Shown here piece after piece: positions 15,300-27,137 of a DNA stretch of 64,000 bases. The notes below the pieces were generated by a model. The model saw only the letters and a list, made by a program, of their open reading frames with translations, ran no database searches and was not told where the DNA came from. Numbering within the stretch: the first letter of the stretch is position 1; every line of letters begins with the position of its first letter. The translations under genes were made by a program, and so were the position numbers. The stretch is from Camelus dromedarius (lineage: Eukaryota), in assembly GCF_036321535.1 (NCBI RefSeq), contig NC_087437.1, positions 63,800,001 through 63,864,000 of the forward strand. The letters run 5' to 3'.

Positions 15300-15580
15300 C
15301 CCTGACTGAGTTGCCTTCCCCTCACTCAGTCAGTTCCCACTCTGTAAACTGAGGATAATAAATTCCTGACTCACAGGATCTGCTGTGGGTGCCCAGACAA
15401 GGCAGGGCATGTGAGGGCGCTCATAGTTATAGGCCTGTGTTGCTGATATTATGTTGAAGAGGAGGTAGGGGTTCAGAGAGGTTGAGTGACCTCATTCGGG
15501 TCACACAGCTAGTTAGTTAACTTAGAGGAGTTGCTATACAAATCCAGATCTCGGACTCCAAATCCAGTGCTCTTTTCACA
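15300..15580. mobile_element. MIR fragments in both orientations
   Basis: tcagttcccactctgtaaactgaggataataa (+) and gttcagagaggttgagtgacctcattcgggtcacacagctagt (-). Confidence 0.55.
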
Positions 15581-17134
15581 TTTGGACCCAGCCCAGAGCC
15601 CACCAGAGAAGGCCCCGCTGCCCTCAAGCAGTTTCTTGGTTGGTTGTGGAAGGTGTGGTTTCTTATTTGCAATGGCCTTCCTTCCTGCATGGTGTCTGGC
15701 TCAGATGGGCATTAAATGATTTGTCATTTCCTGAGCCTGCAGTGATGCTGTGAGAGAAAGCGGTACTGACGTGTTCCCGGGGCACCGGGGATCAGATGTT
15801 TACCTGTGAAGAGCCCCTGAGTGGTCTTATGGATGGGTGAGTAGGGACTGAGACCCAGGAGCCGGGTTAGATGTGACACCGGGATAGCTCAGGTCTGGGC
15901 GTGAGGCCACCTCATATCCAGGCTTCTGGTGACGCAAGTGGAACGGGTGGGAAGGGAGGAGGCAGCTGGGGACACATCAGGATTGCTTCTTGGAGGTCAG
16001 GCCCGGGGTCTTTCTGCAGAGTTGCATCTAGTAGATGTGCAGTTTAGCACTTTCTCATGTGTTTCCAGGATGTCTTTAAAGCCCAGCTCCCCACAACCAT
16101 CAACATCATAAAAAGTACCCCAAGCATCCTGCTTCAAATCCCCTTCTATCCTTGTCACTCTTCTCAAGAAAACTAAAGGAAAATGTAACTCCTGCCCAAG
16201 TGCCATTCTTTTTCAAGTGGATTTTCAAGATTTTATTTTCACAGTTTCTTTTGGGGACAGGAAAGCTATTTGTTCACATAACATGCCCAAGTCTCCAGTC
16301 TTCCTCTGGCCAAGTCCTTTTTCCTGTAAGCACTTCACCATACTGCCTGGGAGGGACCCATCCACCCCATGACTGGCTCCCGGGGGGTAACACCAGCTCC
16401 GAAGTGCCCTGGCATCTCAGCTGCAGAGGTTGCTGAGGGAGACGGGCCAGAGCTGGATCCCTGGTGAGCAGGGCAGGCTCGTGCCCCTCCCCGCTGAGGG
16501 AGAGGGGTCCTGCCTCTGCAACAGCTGACACCCTGCATCTGACATCTGAGTTACTCTGAAACAACCTCTTCTTTTTCTCTGTGGCACTCATGCTGGTTTG
16601 TATCCCTCTTTCTATGTGACAGTCAGTTCTCTGAGGACAGGGGCCTTGTCTGTTTTAATACTCAGCTATTTTGACTGAGTGCTCCTGCCTTGCGGACCCC
16701 CCCCTGCCAGTACTGTGGGAAGAAGGCAGACAGTCTCCATTCTCTGGTTCCACAAGGGATGCTGACTCTTGGCAGAGAGGGGTTCCTCATGGTGCGCCCT
16801 CCCTGGACCACCGGCAGGGGGCTCTGTGCCTGGGGGCTTGGTCTTAGAAAACACTGCTTTCCATCTTTGCCCTCCCTCTCTTGAGTGTCCTACTGGTCTG
16901 TCAGGTGATGTCAGGCAGGGCCCCTCTTGTCCTGATTTGCCTCCCACCCCATCCTTGGTCCCGTCTCTTCTCAGCTTTCTTCTGGTATCTTTTCCTGCTC
17001 CCTGAGTCCTCCCACTTCTGTCTTTCCAGCTGTAAGGTGGGGGAAAGACCTCAGGACTCGCCAGGAGGCAAGTTAAACTGTAAGGACAATAAATATGAGC
17101 AGGGTTAATTACACAGATTCCAAACAGTATACTT

Positions 17135-17161
17135 TTATTTTTTAAACACCTTTATTGTGGT
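17135..17161 (-). mobile_element. 27-bp extreme 5'-truncated L1 tail with 11-bp TSD
   Basis: ttattttttaaacacctttattgtggt flanked by ACAGTATACTT at 17124-17134 and 17162-17172. Confidence 0.55.
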
Positions 17162-17394
17162 ACAGTATACTTCATTCTTTTCAAAGCAATCCATGAAACA
17201 GTTCTCACAGTGCATTGTATACTTCCTTATAGTTGATTCTCCTGGATTATAGTGTCTGTGTCAGCTCTGTATTTCACCTCAAATGCCCAGGGGTCTGAGA
17301 CTTAAGCTTTCTGGGTGGGTTAACCCCCAGTAATCCAACAGTGCTTACGATGGAGGAAGTGAAGGCATATCTAGGAGTCTCTACATAACCCTGG

Positions 17395-17485
17395 TATCCA
17401 GGCTCATCTGGGGTGGGCCTGGGCATCAGCATTTTGGAATGCTCCTGGTGACGCTCCTGTGTGCTGAGGTTGAGAACGACTGCCC
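17395..17485. mobile_element. MER5-type hAT-Charlie fragment
   Basis: tctggggtgggcctgggcatcagcatttt...ctcctggtga...ggttgagaacgactg. Confidence 0.6.
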
Positions 17486-18912
17486 TGAGCCTCCCTTCAC
17501 CAGCAGAGGGATTACGTGGATGATGCAGAGTCTGATTTATGGCTCTATTGAAAGGCAAGTTGTTTATATCGAAAGGGTTTATCGTGGTGATTCATTAAAG
17601 AGTGATGGCCACTAAAAATTATTGCAGGCGTGTAATAGGGGAAGAAAACGTGGTTGGTGGTTGGTGTATAAAATCTTGTCAGGCCAGGCTGGTGCTTGGT
17701 ATATTTATGTTGCTCTTATCACCAGCAATTAGCCCCAAATGTGGCTCGATAAACGGCTTAGTGCAGGGCTATAATGACTACAAGAATGTTACAGAAAATG
17801 ACTGCCACACCATGTGCTCGGCGGGGCCACCTTAGCAGAGCCACAGATCTCACTCAGCATTCCTGATGGCCTGTTAGCTACAAACAAATGCCTATTGATC
17901 GGTGTTAACTCTTCCTTTCTCTCTTTTTTACGTAATATTTCCCTTTTGGATGGGAGAAATTGTACGTTAATCTTCGTGAGTTTCCCTCCAACTAGAGTGT
18001 TTGTAGTATATGCTCAATAAATATTTGTTAAATGGATGACTTTGCTCAGAGTTACACAGCAGGTAAATAGCAATGTTAGTCTAGCACTAATACCACCATT
18101 ACTTTTTCTTCGACTCTTAAGCTCATGAAATACATAGGGAATTATATGGTTAGTGATGCCCCACCTGCCTGTATTGTGATCAGTGTGTGTGGCAAAGACT
18201 AAGAGAGTAAAGAAAAGTGATGTGCAGGGTGATGGAGAGATGGGGCTTGCACCCTGAGAAAATTTCCTTCCTGTGCACTTTGAAGCTGCGTCTTTCCTAG
18301 CACCTTTGTCAAGAAGTACAAAGATCCTGCTGCCGCACTCGTGCTCCAGGAGGACTGAGAGAAGCACATGAAACTGGGGTCCATCTGAGGACTGGGAGGA
18401 TTGAAAGGTGCCAGATGTGTAGGGTGGAGGCCTGGGAAGCATGCCTATCCAGGACAGGGAAACGTCCTTGGGTTAAATCCTCCACAAATGGCCACATGTG
18501 GATTACGGTGTGATCTTTTTTGGAAAGGGGTTATCTGGGGAGAGCTAATTTTGGATTTCGCTTTACATTTATTTTTAAAGTGGAATATTTCTCCGGCATT
18601 GGCGACAATGGCCTAGAAAAGCCAGTTAGTCACCATTTGACATCTTCCCTGGGTGGGGTGTTGCTTGCCTCTGCTTCTTTCCCACCTGATGTCTGTGGGG
18701 CTGATTTAAATCCTCTCCCTCGGAGGCCTCTGGGGTGATTTCACTGGCAAACAGGTCTATAGAGAACTCCTGCTGGATCTGAAGTGGTGGCACCCTCTGA
18801 TCTTTTCCTGGGTGTCAGAGAGCAGCCCCTGGCGATGTCACCCAGGTGAGACCGTTCCCTGTCATGTCCAGGACTATAAGACTGGTTCCAGCTTGCATTC
18901 CCCTGCAGCCCC

Positions 18913-19003
18913 TTTTTTTTTTCTTTTTTTCTTTTTTCATGAAGGTACTGGGGATTGAACCCATGACCTTGTGCATGCCACCGAGCTACACCCCCCCACA
19001 CCC
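18913..19003 (-). mobile_element. Camelid tRNA-derived SINE (Vic-1 type), internally deleted
   Basis: T-rich tail followed by ggtactggggattgaacccatgaccttgtgcatg...ccaccgagctacaccc. Confidence 0.75.
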
Positions 19004-20134
19004 CTTCAGTCTTTTCTTTAATTTTACTCTGTATCTTCTAGAAGTCAAAGGAAAATCACCTGAAGCCTCGATTTAAAGAACAGACCTGATTTCTGTTAAG
19101 GGAATGAAAAGATATGGACTGCCCCATCACACTTCCCCTAGGGTCATCTCTGGGTTCCGCTGTGGAGCAGGAAGAGGGTCTCAGGGCAGACGCTGCAGCC
19201 TCTGTGCTGTGAGGGGGTGGGAGAAAGAAGGAGGCGCTGGGAGAGGTGGCAGAAGGGGTGCCCACCTGCAGACTTGGCTGAGAGGTGGGGGAGAAGGGCT
19301 GAGGCTGGCCCTGGCGTGATGTGTGGGGATTTAGTCTCTGCAGGCTGAGCTGCCGACTCTGAGACCCCCGCTGGGTCTTCACACCCCCAGCTGTAATTAA
19401 ACTAAGAGGGCCACCTCCGAGAGAGTGGGACAGTAGCTGTGGACAGGTGAGCTCAGAGGACCTGTGGCAGTTGGGTGTGGCTTTGGGGTGGGGCCTTCTC
19501 TTCCCCAGTAAAGAGCACAGAAACACAGAGCCCTGGGTTTCCCAGAAGCCAAGAAGCCGCTGGCCTGGCCACACACAGGTGGCACATGACACACTGACTT
19601 CTCTCACTTGCTCCTTCCCCGTCGTCCAGCTTCCAGGGAATGGGTATCAGGTAGTCTCAGAGATACTTCTCTCCATGTTTATGTGAACTCTGGCATCTCC
19701 AGGCCCCCAGAGTAGAAAAGCCTGGGGAAGCTACCTGACTGGGAGGTGGGAGTGGGTGGGGCCAGGTGCCTTCTTGGGGTTCTGCTCTGGGGAGAAGAGG
19801 GTTCTGATTGTGCCTCCATCCACGGCTGGGGAGGAGCTGAGCACAGGCACTCACTGGGGAGGGGGTGTCCTCCTTCCTTTCCTCTGGGGACTCCTCTGGA
19901 CTTGGAGGTGTCCTGATAGCCGGCCTGGCATGGGGTGGGCCATCCTTTGGGAACAGCATCTCTGTTTCTTTTCCATTCAGCCTTTGCCATTGTCCTGATG
20001 AAGCCCTGGGGCCCTGGGCATAGGGAGGCAAGAGGGGCTTTGTTCTTCCCCAGGGAGAATATTCCATCTGATGGAAACCTCCTGCCTTTCTGAGATGCCC
20101 AACTTAAAGATAAGACAATCTTGCCAATTCCTGC

Positions 20135-20285
20135 CAGTTATCACTCACTTACTGTGTGCCCGGCACAATGCCGAGCACTTGTTAACTTAATTGACCCTCG
20201 TAATCTCCCATTAGGTCGGTACTGCTTTTTTAAGGAGAATATTTTATAGATGAGAAAACTGAGGCCCTGAGAGGAAGAGACTCGG
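20135..20285 (-). mobile_element. MIR SINE
   Basis: cacttactgtgtgcccggcac...attttatagatgagaaaactgaggccctgagag. Confidence 0.7.
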
Positions 20286-20354
20286 GTAAAGTTGCACTTT
20301 CAGGGGGTGAGAGGGGCTCAGAGGGGCTCAGAGCTCATACTCACAGCTGGTACG

Positions 20355-20535
20355 CCGGCAGCTCCCAAACCAGTGTGTGCAAGAATTCCCCACAAAGTCT
20401 GTTTGAAAGTTCAATTCCTGTGCCCTTTTGTCAAGGGAGTCTGATCCAGTAAGTCTAAGGTGGACCCAGGAACCTGCATCTTAAGTAGGCACCCCCAGAT
20501 TTGAGGCAGGTGCCCCAGGGACACAGTTCCACTCT
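20355..20535. mobile_element. MER5-type hAT-Charlie element
   Basis: tctgatccagtaagtctaaggtggacccaggaacctgcatcttaagtaggcacccccagat. Confidence 0.55.
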
Positions 20536-21224
20536 GCAGTGCCTCCCTAGGTGGAGAAAGGGTTGAGGCTGACAGAGTCTCACTTCTCTGAAGTGATGGG
20601 GCCTGGGGGGGGTGCCAGGCCCCCCACAGAGGCAGAGGTTTCTGTGTTGACTTCACCACAAGGTGGCTGGGGAAGGCAGAATGAGATGCTTAGACTGAGG
20701 GCAGGAGGGGCCTTTCTGCTTGGCCTGTGCCGGGTGGTTCTCAGTGGGCAGAGCTGGAGGAGGCTTTTGGGAGAAGGCAAGGGAGAGAGGACCAGGGAGA
20801 GACTCTAACCTGGAGGGCAGGAGCTAGGAAGTGATCTGGGAGAGACCGCTGTGTACATTAATCGGGGCACTGGGACCAAATAAGAAAGGACTTCACTTGA
20901 GAGTCACACAGCCAGGCCGTGCGCGGTCCTCAGACATTTCTTTCCCGCCTTAACCTTGGTCATGGGTCCTTGTCCATTGAGCTTCCTGGCCAGTGTCTCT
21001 CCAGCTCTTTGGAACCTATCATATCCCAAAACAAAATTCATCGTCGTCCCTAAATTGGCTTTGTTTTTGTCACGTCAGTTCCCCTTTGACTAGGTACTGG
21101 TGTTAGATGTTTGTTGGACTGAATTGTTAAACAAATATCTACCGTGTGTTGGGTCCTGGGAAACCAAGATGAATACGCTGCAGACCCCGCCCTCAAGAGC
21201 AGACTCGTGCCTTGTGCCTTCTGT

Positions 21225-21415
21225 GTGCCCACCTCTGCTCTAAGCGCATTGTTTTGTTCTGTTAACTTATTGAATCCCCACAACAATCCTATGAGGTAAG
21301 CACTGCTGTTGTCACCCTCATTTTATAGATGAGGACACTGAGCCTGGCCGGTTAGGTGCTTGCCCAAGCTCACATCATAAACTGGACAGCCTGGCTCCAC
21401 GTCTGGGCTCTGACC
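21225..21415 (-). mobile_element. MIR SINE
   Basis: aatccccacaacaatcctatgaggtaag...cattttatagatgaggacactgag...cttgcccaagctcaca. Confidence 0.7.
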
Positions 21416-24206
21416 TCCCAAGTCCAGCGGACAGACGGGCGCTTACACCTCTTCCCCAGGGACCCTCCTTACCTTTTCTTGGGCTTTAAATATCCCATGT
21501 CAGCCTTCTTCCCTCGAATTCCCACCTTTACCTAGGTGTTAAACACCCAAACATTCAGCCCTCTAGCTCCTTCTTGCTCTAGAGCCTGGGAACCCCCACC
21601 TCAGCCAGCCCTCTGCCTGGTGCCTAGAGATGTCAAGTTTCTGAGAACTTCATCCTTCTCTGGGACCCTGGCATCCTGGCCACCTTGACCCCCAGCAGAG
21701 CTCCTAGTGATCCTGCAGACCCAGTTTGCCACCCTCCACACACTGTCCCTTCTCAAGCACCACTTGACAAAGTGCGCATTTAACCCCATGTTCCCTGCTT
21801 ACCCGCTCCCCCTCCCTTGTTAGAGTGTGGCTTCCCCCGGCAGGGACTCCACCCCCTCATGGCTGTGTTCTCTGTGCCCACACAGTTCAAATCTCATCTC
21901 TGCTATGTCCCAGCTGTTTCTCCTTGGCAGGCTTCTTGCCTTTTCTGAGCCTAAGTGTACTCCACAAAATGGGTTATAACAAGAATCGCTGCCCCTGAGG
22001 GCTGTGTTGACCGTTCCAGGCAGTGATGTGTGCAGAGCATTTATTTAGGAGGGGACTGCCAAGGAAATCGCCCTCCATAAACGACCTGGGGTCTGTCCTT
22101 GTTGAGCATAAGCTTTTAAATTCCCACACATTACAGAAGAGCCTAGTGTTTCTCTTGAGAACCTGTGTGTTTGGATGGCAGTAAACAGAGTAGAAAACAT
22201 TGTATTACATCCAAAAAAGAAGGCTGAGTGGAAGAAGGGCTAGATCCTGGGTCATGGGTTTCCCCCCACCCCTGCCCCACCCTTATTCTGGCTGGTGGCC
22301 ACCAAGTGGCCAGCACAGATCCTCCGGAGGGAGGCAGCCATCCATGGACACCAGAGGCCTCAGGGTGAAGAATGCTGAGCTGGTCAGGCTTGTGGAGAAG
22401 GGCTTGAGAGAAGTCAGGTGAGGGTCTAGCTGAGGTCTAGTGACAACCAGGACATCGAGCCAAGTCCCTCACCCCAAGTGAGCGTCTAGGTGCGTTAGGG
22501 CCCTTGCCCAAGGCAAGGAACTGTGATGATATCCAGAACATTCCCCCAGCTGGCTGGACCTTTGGGACTGGACACAGGGCTGGCCAGCTGGGTGGACTGT
22601 TGGAGGACTGCTGGGAAGCGGCCTGCCGGCTTCCTGCCCGTCCGTAACCTTGTGTGTCCCTGACTGGGCCCCTTCTCCCCCGTGCTGTTACCCTCACCCT
22701 GAGCCCGGGGCCCCCTGTGCCTGGGCTGCACTTGGGACGTGTGGGGAGGGGCTATGCCAGAGCCAGAAACCACAACACCCCCTGACCCTGTCTAATGGAG
22801 CCGGTTTTGAAATGGACATTTTTTCTTTTTTGGATAAATTAACATTTGGCATTTCAGGGTGTTGGCCCCACGCCCGGCCACTCTGGCCTTCTGCCTGTCA
22901 GCTCCTTTGAGGCTATTTTTGTCATTCACTTATTTATTAACTATTATTGCTCCCCAGGACAGATGGGCACACATGCACATACACACACACACCCCCTCAT
23001 ACCCTTCAACCCAGAGCCCATTAGAAAAGCCAGCCTGCACCCAACAAGCTGAACGTGGGATAGAAAAGGGGGAAATGACCAAAAGGATGATCTCTCTGAG
23101 TCAGGGTGGAGGCAAGACCGTAGGGGTGATGGGAGGCAGCGCTCCCCATGCTTATCATCCCTCTGTAACACCCCCCACCCCCAAGGCATCTCCGTTCCAG
23201 TTCTCTTGCCCCAGGGGTGTTCAGCCCTGGGAAGGGGCCATGTGGGAAAGGACTGCGGATCCTGCCTGAACCATCTTTCCAGAGAAATCGGCAGGAGAGC
23301 CTGGGAGAACTAAGGGCCCCTTGCTAGGATGCAGGAGAGCCCTTGCTTCCTTCCTACATCTGCCCCACCCCACTAAACCCCCATCTTCCAGAGGAGAGAA
23401 ACTTGCCTTCAGAGAGCTCCCAGCCTGGTGGGGACAGCCCTGGGCTCTGGTCGTGAGATGAACAGTCCTTGGTCCCACTGTCTGAGAGCAAAGAGCATCA
23501 GGAGAAACAGGCCTCAGTTGAGGGGCAGCGAGCACATGGCCCCTGCCACCACTTGTTCCCTCTGAGGGCAGGTTGCTAGCACAGAGCAGACAGACCTGTG
23601 AGTCCCTCCTGTGTGCAGGGCATGTGTGTGGTGCAAGGGTGCACGGTGTGGACACTTGAGCACCATGAGATAATCCCCACACTTGCTTGCAGTCTTCTTG
23701 CCTCAGCGCCAGCTCATCTGCCCTGAGGCTGGGGCCCCGGCCACGCTCCTCTCCACAGCCTTGACACCGGGGCTCCCAAAGGCCGGCATGGCCCCAAAGG
23801 GAGAATAGAATGAACAGCGGGGACCTTCCTGCTTCCTTAGGCCACCTGGTGCCCTTCCCCCCAGCCTTGGTTTGCGCATATGAGAATTGGGACTGATGCT
23901 TCTGCCACCTCCGAGGCAGTGAGTGAGGGGATCAGGGTCTGGAGTGGAGGCTGCCCTGAGTCCCAGGGTGGCTCCCTGTTTTCTCCCACTCAGCTTGCCA
24001 GCCCTACCCTTCCCTTCTTAGGGCATGTGCCATCTACCTTCCTCGTCCCCGAGGCCCCTTTCTCTGCGCAGGAAGACGCTGCACTCCTAGGACTGGATAC
24101 TTACTGCAGAGGGACTGCCAGCTGCGAGTCTCTGTTCTGGGGGGTCCTTCTGCCTTGGGACTCAATGCTAGCCCTTCTCAGAGCCTCAGGGTCTGCCCCT
24201 TCCATC

Positions 24207-24420
24207 AGACTGGGAGCTGAGCGCACAAGCTGCATTTCTCCCTTTGAGACTAGGAGCTCGTGAGGACAAGGATCATGTCTCCCCCACCAGACTAGGAACT
24301 CCCTGAGGGCAGGGGCTGAGTCTGTGCCCACCAGATTGGAAACTCTCTGAGGGCAGAAGATGTTACCTCCCCCTTCTGACTGCGAGCTCCCTGAGGATGG
24401 GGTCAGGACCCATCTTCCCC
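24207..24420 (+). repeat. Degenerate tandem array of five 40-44-bp units (consensus ~AGACTGGGAGCTCCCTGAGGGCAGGG...)
   Basis: Unit starts at 24207, 24247, 24289, 24333 and 24377. Confidence 0.7.
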
Positions 24421-26439
24421 GACTCAGGACCCAGTTTCTGGCTGTGGGATGCAAATGTGCTTAGTCCTTGCACCTTGAAAGTCTGGAAAGAGGGTAGAAT
24501 GCTGGAGGCCACACGGCTGTAGCCAGGGATGTAGAAGAAGAGAAACTTCCCACCTCCCTGTGGGAAGTCAGAGCCAAGAATTCTGTCCCCTTAATCTGGA
24601 ACTTCCCTCCACTTCCTCTTCTCCCCAGGGGTGCGGTAGGGATGGGTTTTATAGCTGGGGGAGGGGGTCAGGACTTCACAAGCCTGAGAGCCAGCTGAGC
24701 ACTAAAGGTTTGTGCTAATAAGCCCTGGCGTGAGTCTGGGAGGCAGGTGTGGGTGTGGGCTGGGTGGGCTGGGTGAGTGGCCCTGGTGGCCTCAGGGCTG
24801 AGTGCCTTCGAGCTGCTGCCTGATGTGACCTGCTCCTGAGCTGAGGGCCAGGGCAGCCCCGGTAACTGCTCTGTCCCCTCCCTGTGAGGTGCAGGGAAGT
24901 ATCACCTCCTTGTCCTCGAGGTGAGCCCAGCCGCTTCTCCCGGGAGAGACAGCTGGGAAATTCTCTCTGCTCTACGCATCCAGGTTGCGCCAGCTCCTGT
25001 CAGACTGTGATACATCTGTGTCAGTCTTTCTCCCCTACTTGAGAAGGGACCATCTCATTAGTTTGTGTGCTCACCCCTCTCCTGGAATGGCCACAGCCTG
25101 TGAATTCTTCTGGAGTGTCAGGGGTCCCAGCAGCACGAGCAGGGCCTCAGTGAGAAAGGGGACCAAGCCTGCTGCTGGTGCGCCAGGCCTGGAAGCCATC
25201 GTAGTAGGGTCTGGGAGAGGTGGGCCCTCCCGGCGGGGCCTTCTGGTGGGGGTGGGGGCAGGGGAGTTGCAGCCCCCAGGTCATGAGTTGAGCTCACTGC
25301 CCCTGATGTGCTGTTGTGACTCAGGGCTGTGTGGTTTAATTTGCCATCTACCTGTGTACAGTTACCTTAGATGAGTGACCACAGCTGCCTCTCAGTGTCC
25401 CCATCTGACTGCTTGGGGCTGTTGCTCTGCAGGCCACAGTGCTGTTGGGAGCCCTGGGCACTAATCTGTGTAAAATACCCTGACCTTCCACACTGCCCGT
25501 GGAAATCCCATGGACAGGCCACGAGAGGAGGTGAATCCACGAGATGTCTAGTCCCTCTGGCCTCTGTGCCGCCCTCGCTTTCCCACAGTCTCGTGCCCTT
25601 TAACTTCTGGCTGCTTTAACTGCTCATCTAAGTGTAGGCTCAGCTTTGGTGCCACTTTGCTGAGAGAAGGGGAGAGAGTGTGGCCATATTAGGAGCTGGG
25701 CAGAACCCTTCGAGGGCCCCTTTCTGCCAGAGAGGAAGCTGGCAGTCCCAGTGCCTGCACGGTTTTCTGCCTCCCAGTAAAGGCTGCATTATTATGAGCT
25801 AATGTCTGCGCTGTCCCCAGAGTAGCCGGGGAAGAAACATGGAGTAGTATGATTACTACAACAGTAATAATAACAGCAACAACATCGACAAGCGCACACG
25901 ATTAGGGAGAAGGCTGAGGCTTGAGGGCCTGGCTCCAGGCTGGGGCTGTGGCTAGTGTACCAGGGACGGCCGTGGGGCTTTAAGGCAGCAGGTTTCAGGG
26001 TTTTCAGGCTCAGCTCTCTCCCACAGCCTTCCCCTATTAACTGAAAAGCCTTCAGGACAAATCAGTCAGTCCCTTCCACTGTAAGACAGCAGTTGGGTTT
26101 GATACAGTGTGGTTTTGTACCCATCTGGGGGTGGGTGGGGCAGTCCCAGAAAGGGAGGCAGTGGGCTTCATTTGTCTCGTGTGCCCCCTGCCCCCGACTC
26201 CCCGACTCAGAGCTCCTCTCACCTAGGAATTGCCCCACCACAGGCCCCTTCCCTCTCTTAGGTGGTGACTTGAGCCAGGGTACAGGGGGCAATTGCCCTG
26301 TGAGAACTCTCTCCGTGGTTCAATCTGATGGTCAGAGTGGATCACACCCAGGTTCTGGATTTAGGACAAGGTATCCTAGTGAGATGATAACTGTGTTGCC
26401 CAGAACTGACAGATGCTTACATTGTACAATATGATTATC

Positions 26440-26645
26440 ATAGTGCAACAGCTCAGGGCTGTTATGGTGCGTTCGAATCCTGGCTTTGTCATGCATGAAG
26501 TCTGTGACCTTGGGGAAGTTCCCTAGCCTCTCTGGGTCTGAGCTTTCTCATCAAGTGGAGATAATAAAAGTGACTTCTGGCTAGTGTTGTTTTCCATGCT
26601 TATAATGGTATGTGGCACATGGTAAGCCCACGAAGGTCAGCTCTT
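26440..26645 (+). mobile_element. MIR SINE
   Basis: gttcgaatcctggct...ctgtgaccttggggaagttccctagcctctctgggtctgagctttctcatc. Confidence 0.7.
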
Positions 26646-26711
26646 TTATAGTTACTATTTTTTCAGTAGGAACAATAATAGTACCTTCAGCAGCTCCTGC
26701 CCTTGGGGTCT

Positions 26712-27137
26712 ATTATGGGTTGAATTGTCTTTCAAAAAAATGCTGAAGATCTAACTCACAGTACCTTTGACCTTATTTAGAAATAGGGTCTTTGAAGATA
26801 ATCAAGTTAGATGAGGTGATTAGGGAGAACCCTGATCCAATCAATATGAGCGGTATCCTTATGAAAAAGGGGAAATCTGGCCGCAGAGGTAGACATGCAT
26901 TGAGGGAAGACGGCCTGAAGACACAGGGAAAGCACCATCTACAAGCCAGGCGCGCCCGAGGCTGCCAGAGGCTGGGGCGGCCTGGAGTAGAGTCTCCCTC
27001 ACAGCTTTCAGAGGAGCCAACCCTGCGACACTTTGACCATGGACTTCTGGCCTCTAGAACTGTGAGACAATTATCTCTTGTGGTGTGAGCCCCCCGCTTG
27101 TGGTACTCTGTGAAAGCAGCCGTAGGAAATGAAGGCA
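26712..27137 (+). mobile_element. MaLR solo LTR (MLT1B/C-like)
   Basis: ttatgggttgaattgt...tgaccttatttagaaatagggtctttgaagat...tggacttctggcctctagaactgtgagacaat...tgtggtactctgtgaaagcagccgtaggaaa. Confidence 0.85.

Noticed and set aside
24207..24420. CRISPR-like repeat-spacer array
   Set aside because: Eukaryotic intron, degenerate repeats, very short spacers and no cas genes.
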